DNA of 38,997 nucleotides from IMG/VR virus record IMGVR_UViG_3300012347_000257, positions 1 to 38,997 of that record. One strand, given 5' to 3'. How positions within the stretch are numbered: position 1 is the stretch's first letter; each line of letters opens with the position of its first letter. Below, one piece after another: positions 38,201-38,997 of this stretch. The DNA is from a virus (lineage: Duplodnaviria; Caudoviricetes). The position numbers and the translations under genes are program-made. The notes under the pieces are model-generated. The model saw only the letters and a list, made by a program, of their open reading frames with translations. It ran no database searches and was not told where the DNA came from.

Positions 38201-38792
38201 TGGGAGCACCATACTGACCTGACTCTGATCCATCATTATATAACCATACTTGTATTTTGCTATCATACTTGTCATCGGCTTGACCACCATTATAGTCGTC
38301 AACTAACCGATCACACATGGTATAATCATCGCCCTTAAATTGAATACGTTTATCACCCCAGTAAACTAATGGCCTACCATTACGACCCGACGCAGTACTA
38401 GGATCAGTAAAACTAATTGAATTACCAGCAGACGGAGCTTCTGATAAAGCGCATACATAAAACATTGTTTTTTGATCTTTCGAAATCTTAGCATCAACAA
38501 TAATGGGTTTAACCAGTGTTGCACCATAAACAACTGGCAGTTTATTAGTAGTGCCTGGTGATAATTGCTGACGTGATCCTAATTGAAATCCCACATCAAC
38601 ACTTGCATAACTCATCGACTCGGCTTGTGCAGGAGTTGCTCCCGCATCATCACCTGGTACTGGTTGATCAGTAAACAAGGCCGCGACAACATAATTTACC
38701 GCAATATTTACTGCGGCTGCGATTAAATATTTTCCGACTGTGGTGGCCGCAATGGTAGTAACCACTGCAACAATGGCTGTGAAGATAGGCAT
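35268..38792 (-). CDS. Tail tip / central fibre with an Asp-box propeller, copy B
   Basis: 1174 aa, collinear with 1744..5280. Confidence 0.8.
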   Translation of the reverse strand: MPIFTAIVAVVTTIAATTVGKYLIAAAVNIAVNYVVAALFTDQPVPGDDAGATPAQAESMSYASVDVGFQLGSRQQLSPGTTNKLPVVYGATLVKPIIVDAKISKDQKTMFYVCALSEAPSAGNSISFTDPSTASGRNGRPLVYWGDKRIQFKGDDYTMCDRLVDDYNGGQADDKYDSKIQVWLYNDGSESGQYGAPNAAQVLDSPNIDPESIPWTNTTDYAMHRCAFAIVRVKYDQEIGLTGLQELSFYVNNSNRQPGNVIYDYLTNARYGCGLSTSLVDTPSFSRLNTYSAKTITYNKTNQDGVTTAVTGPRFEINGSVDTTKTNWDNLLLLAKCCDSWLRWDERVAKWAVVVNQSYTQAGLTINDLPIILCDTQYEDIGTMSITGKKVMHAVGGLSIQPIDLNATYNKAEVQYINSDTRYSTSMEYLSVNSSLLSANEPENQLTVQVPFATNAGQALFIGKRRLAQSREDLVITVKLEHSGIQLEAGDIVRIYHKQYGWTSDVLPDGKLFRVTEIREEKSAEGSLGVQIAAFEYNNDIFEFIDINSFLPKDNTALKNPNIFDYPKLLNVSDSSEASVVPHFIVNAVTPTIGITTALELWYYEAPTGLSSTQLAAANFKLLMTQQPKLTPTYEAEETVSILVSTLPGNLDGMVYYIKVRALGTVRKSPYSQEILSFKWNPIGQTDDTSGLLPGGLSLIWNHNWITSAGTGTHSYQELYSATIPTLNADAPPSETITYDIELKNWSGITDFTWKDFSGTETTRLAVLYKIDPWTSPYSTKFHDWKKIAVSTDGMKMVAVPTTEATTFINDYLYKSVDAGLTWTELTASGQRAWTGATISDNGLIISAVTADTNAVYRSINGGTSFTTTVISTSYTNYSDIASSVNGTTLAVTCPGSGTVFTSSNSGATWTKRFTSAYNWQRVCMNSNGTIMYAYRIDTATQLGYLYISTNSGVTWVYNSAAGTYKWTSIACNQSGDKCIATSQGPTDTGGIIYVTTNTGATWSAKTAAGSRLWTASWINNAGSIMYATDFGGYVYSSKDSGANWSYNISSGQRAWSCIAGNPTTSVIIAGGINSYLYRYENQTEINPGLGTWRILAEVDPTVATWTYALVANSGNLAIGNDLVNASIVLAKKESPVFAVVALSKTGADKLSTTNSITLAATPTKTVSIKRREV

Positions 38793-38793
38793 G

Positions 38794-38835
38794 TTACACT
38801 ACTCCCTTCATTTGTTTTTGTTTATCTTTATTCAT
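38794..38835 (-). CDS. 13-codon mini-ORF MNKDKQKQMKGVV, copy B
   Basis: Equivalent of 5282..5323. Confidence 0.5.
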   Translation of the reverse strand: MNKDKQKQMKGVV

Positions 38836-38845
38836 TTTATTATCC

Positions 38846-38997
38846 TTATTGAAACCATGTGGTCTCGGCTTCGTTGTAACCCCAGCGGCTATAATCAAGT
38901 TTTAGTTTGGCAGTATGACTAATCGTATAATGCACAACTCTACCCGAGTCTTTCCATTCATCGCCCACTTCTGTGTACTTTTTAATTAGTCTACCAC
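38846..38997 (-). CDS. GNAT acetyltransferase, copy B (C-terminal part; start outside the window)
   Basis: Encodes GRLIKKYTEVGDEWKDSGRVVHYTISHTAKLKLDYSRWGYNEAETTWFQ, matching copy A. Confidence 0.85.
   Translation of the reverse strand, partial: GRLIKKYTEVGDEWKDSGRVVHYTISHTAKLKLDYSRWGYNEAETTWFQ

Larger units (their letters stand above)
1..38997. mobile_element. Tandem array of two related ~33.5-kb siphovirus-like genomes
   Basis: Homologous gene ends recur at offsets of 33512-33524 bp in the same orientation; one period contains one complete morphogenesis gene set. Confidence 0.75.

Noticed and set aside
1-38997. Stop-codon reassignment, tRNA or rRNA genes
   Set aside because: Long genes are intact in the standard code with dense packing; no cloverleaf or rRNA-like segment was seen in the short intergenic gaps.

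Overview
The whole window is AT-rich, tailed-phage (siphovirus-like) DNA in the standard genetic code, with no recognisable host genes. It reads as a head-to-tail array of two related but clearly diverged small phage-like genomes with a period of about 33.5 kb. The tail module at 1-5769 (fibre, baseplate protein, chaperone, tail tip, GNAT) recurs at about 33280-38997 with many substitutions. One period holds one full virion gene set on the minus strand: TerS, TerL, portal, scaffold, capsid, neck, tail tube, duplicated tail chaperones, tape measure, tip, long fibre with S74 chaperone, three paralogous fibre/RBP genes and an XhlA-like membrane protein. A short plus-strand arm encodes a minimal PolA/T7-RNAP-superfamily polymerase, bracketed by a duplicated origin-like sequence, and an array of accessory genes that each start with a repeated promoter-RBS unit. 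I could not recognise an integrase, repressor, helicase, sigma factor or endolysin. Many transcription units start at T4-late-type TAAATA boxes (common pattern TAAATA-N3-GT-R). My leading hypothesis, which is inference only, is a virion-complete but helper-dependent element that uses the late transcription machinery of a T4-like or jumbo phage and forms tandem arrays. All protein calls come from motif recognition and synteny by eye; no database search was run.
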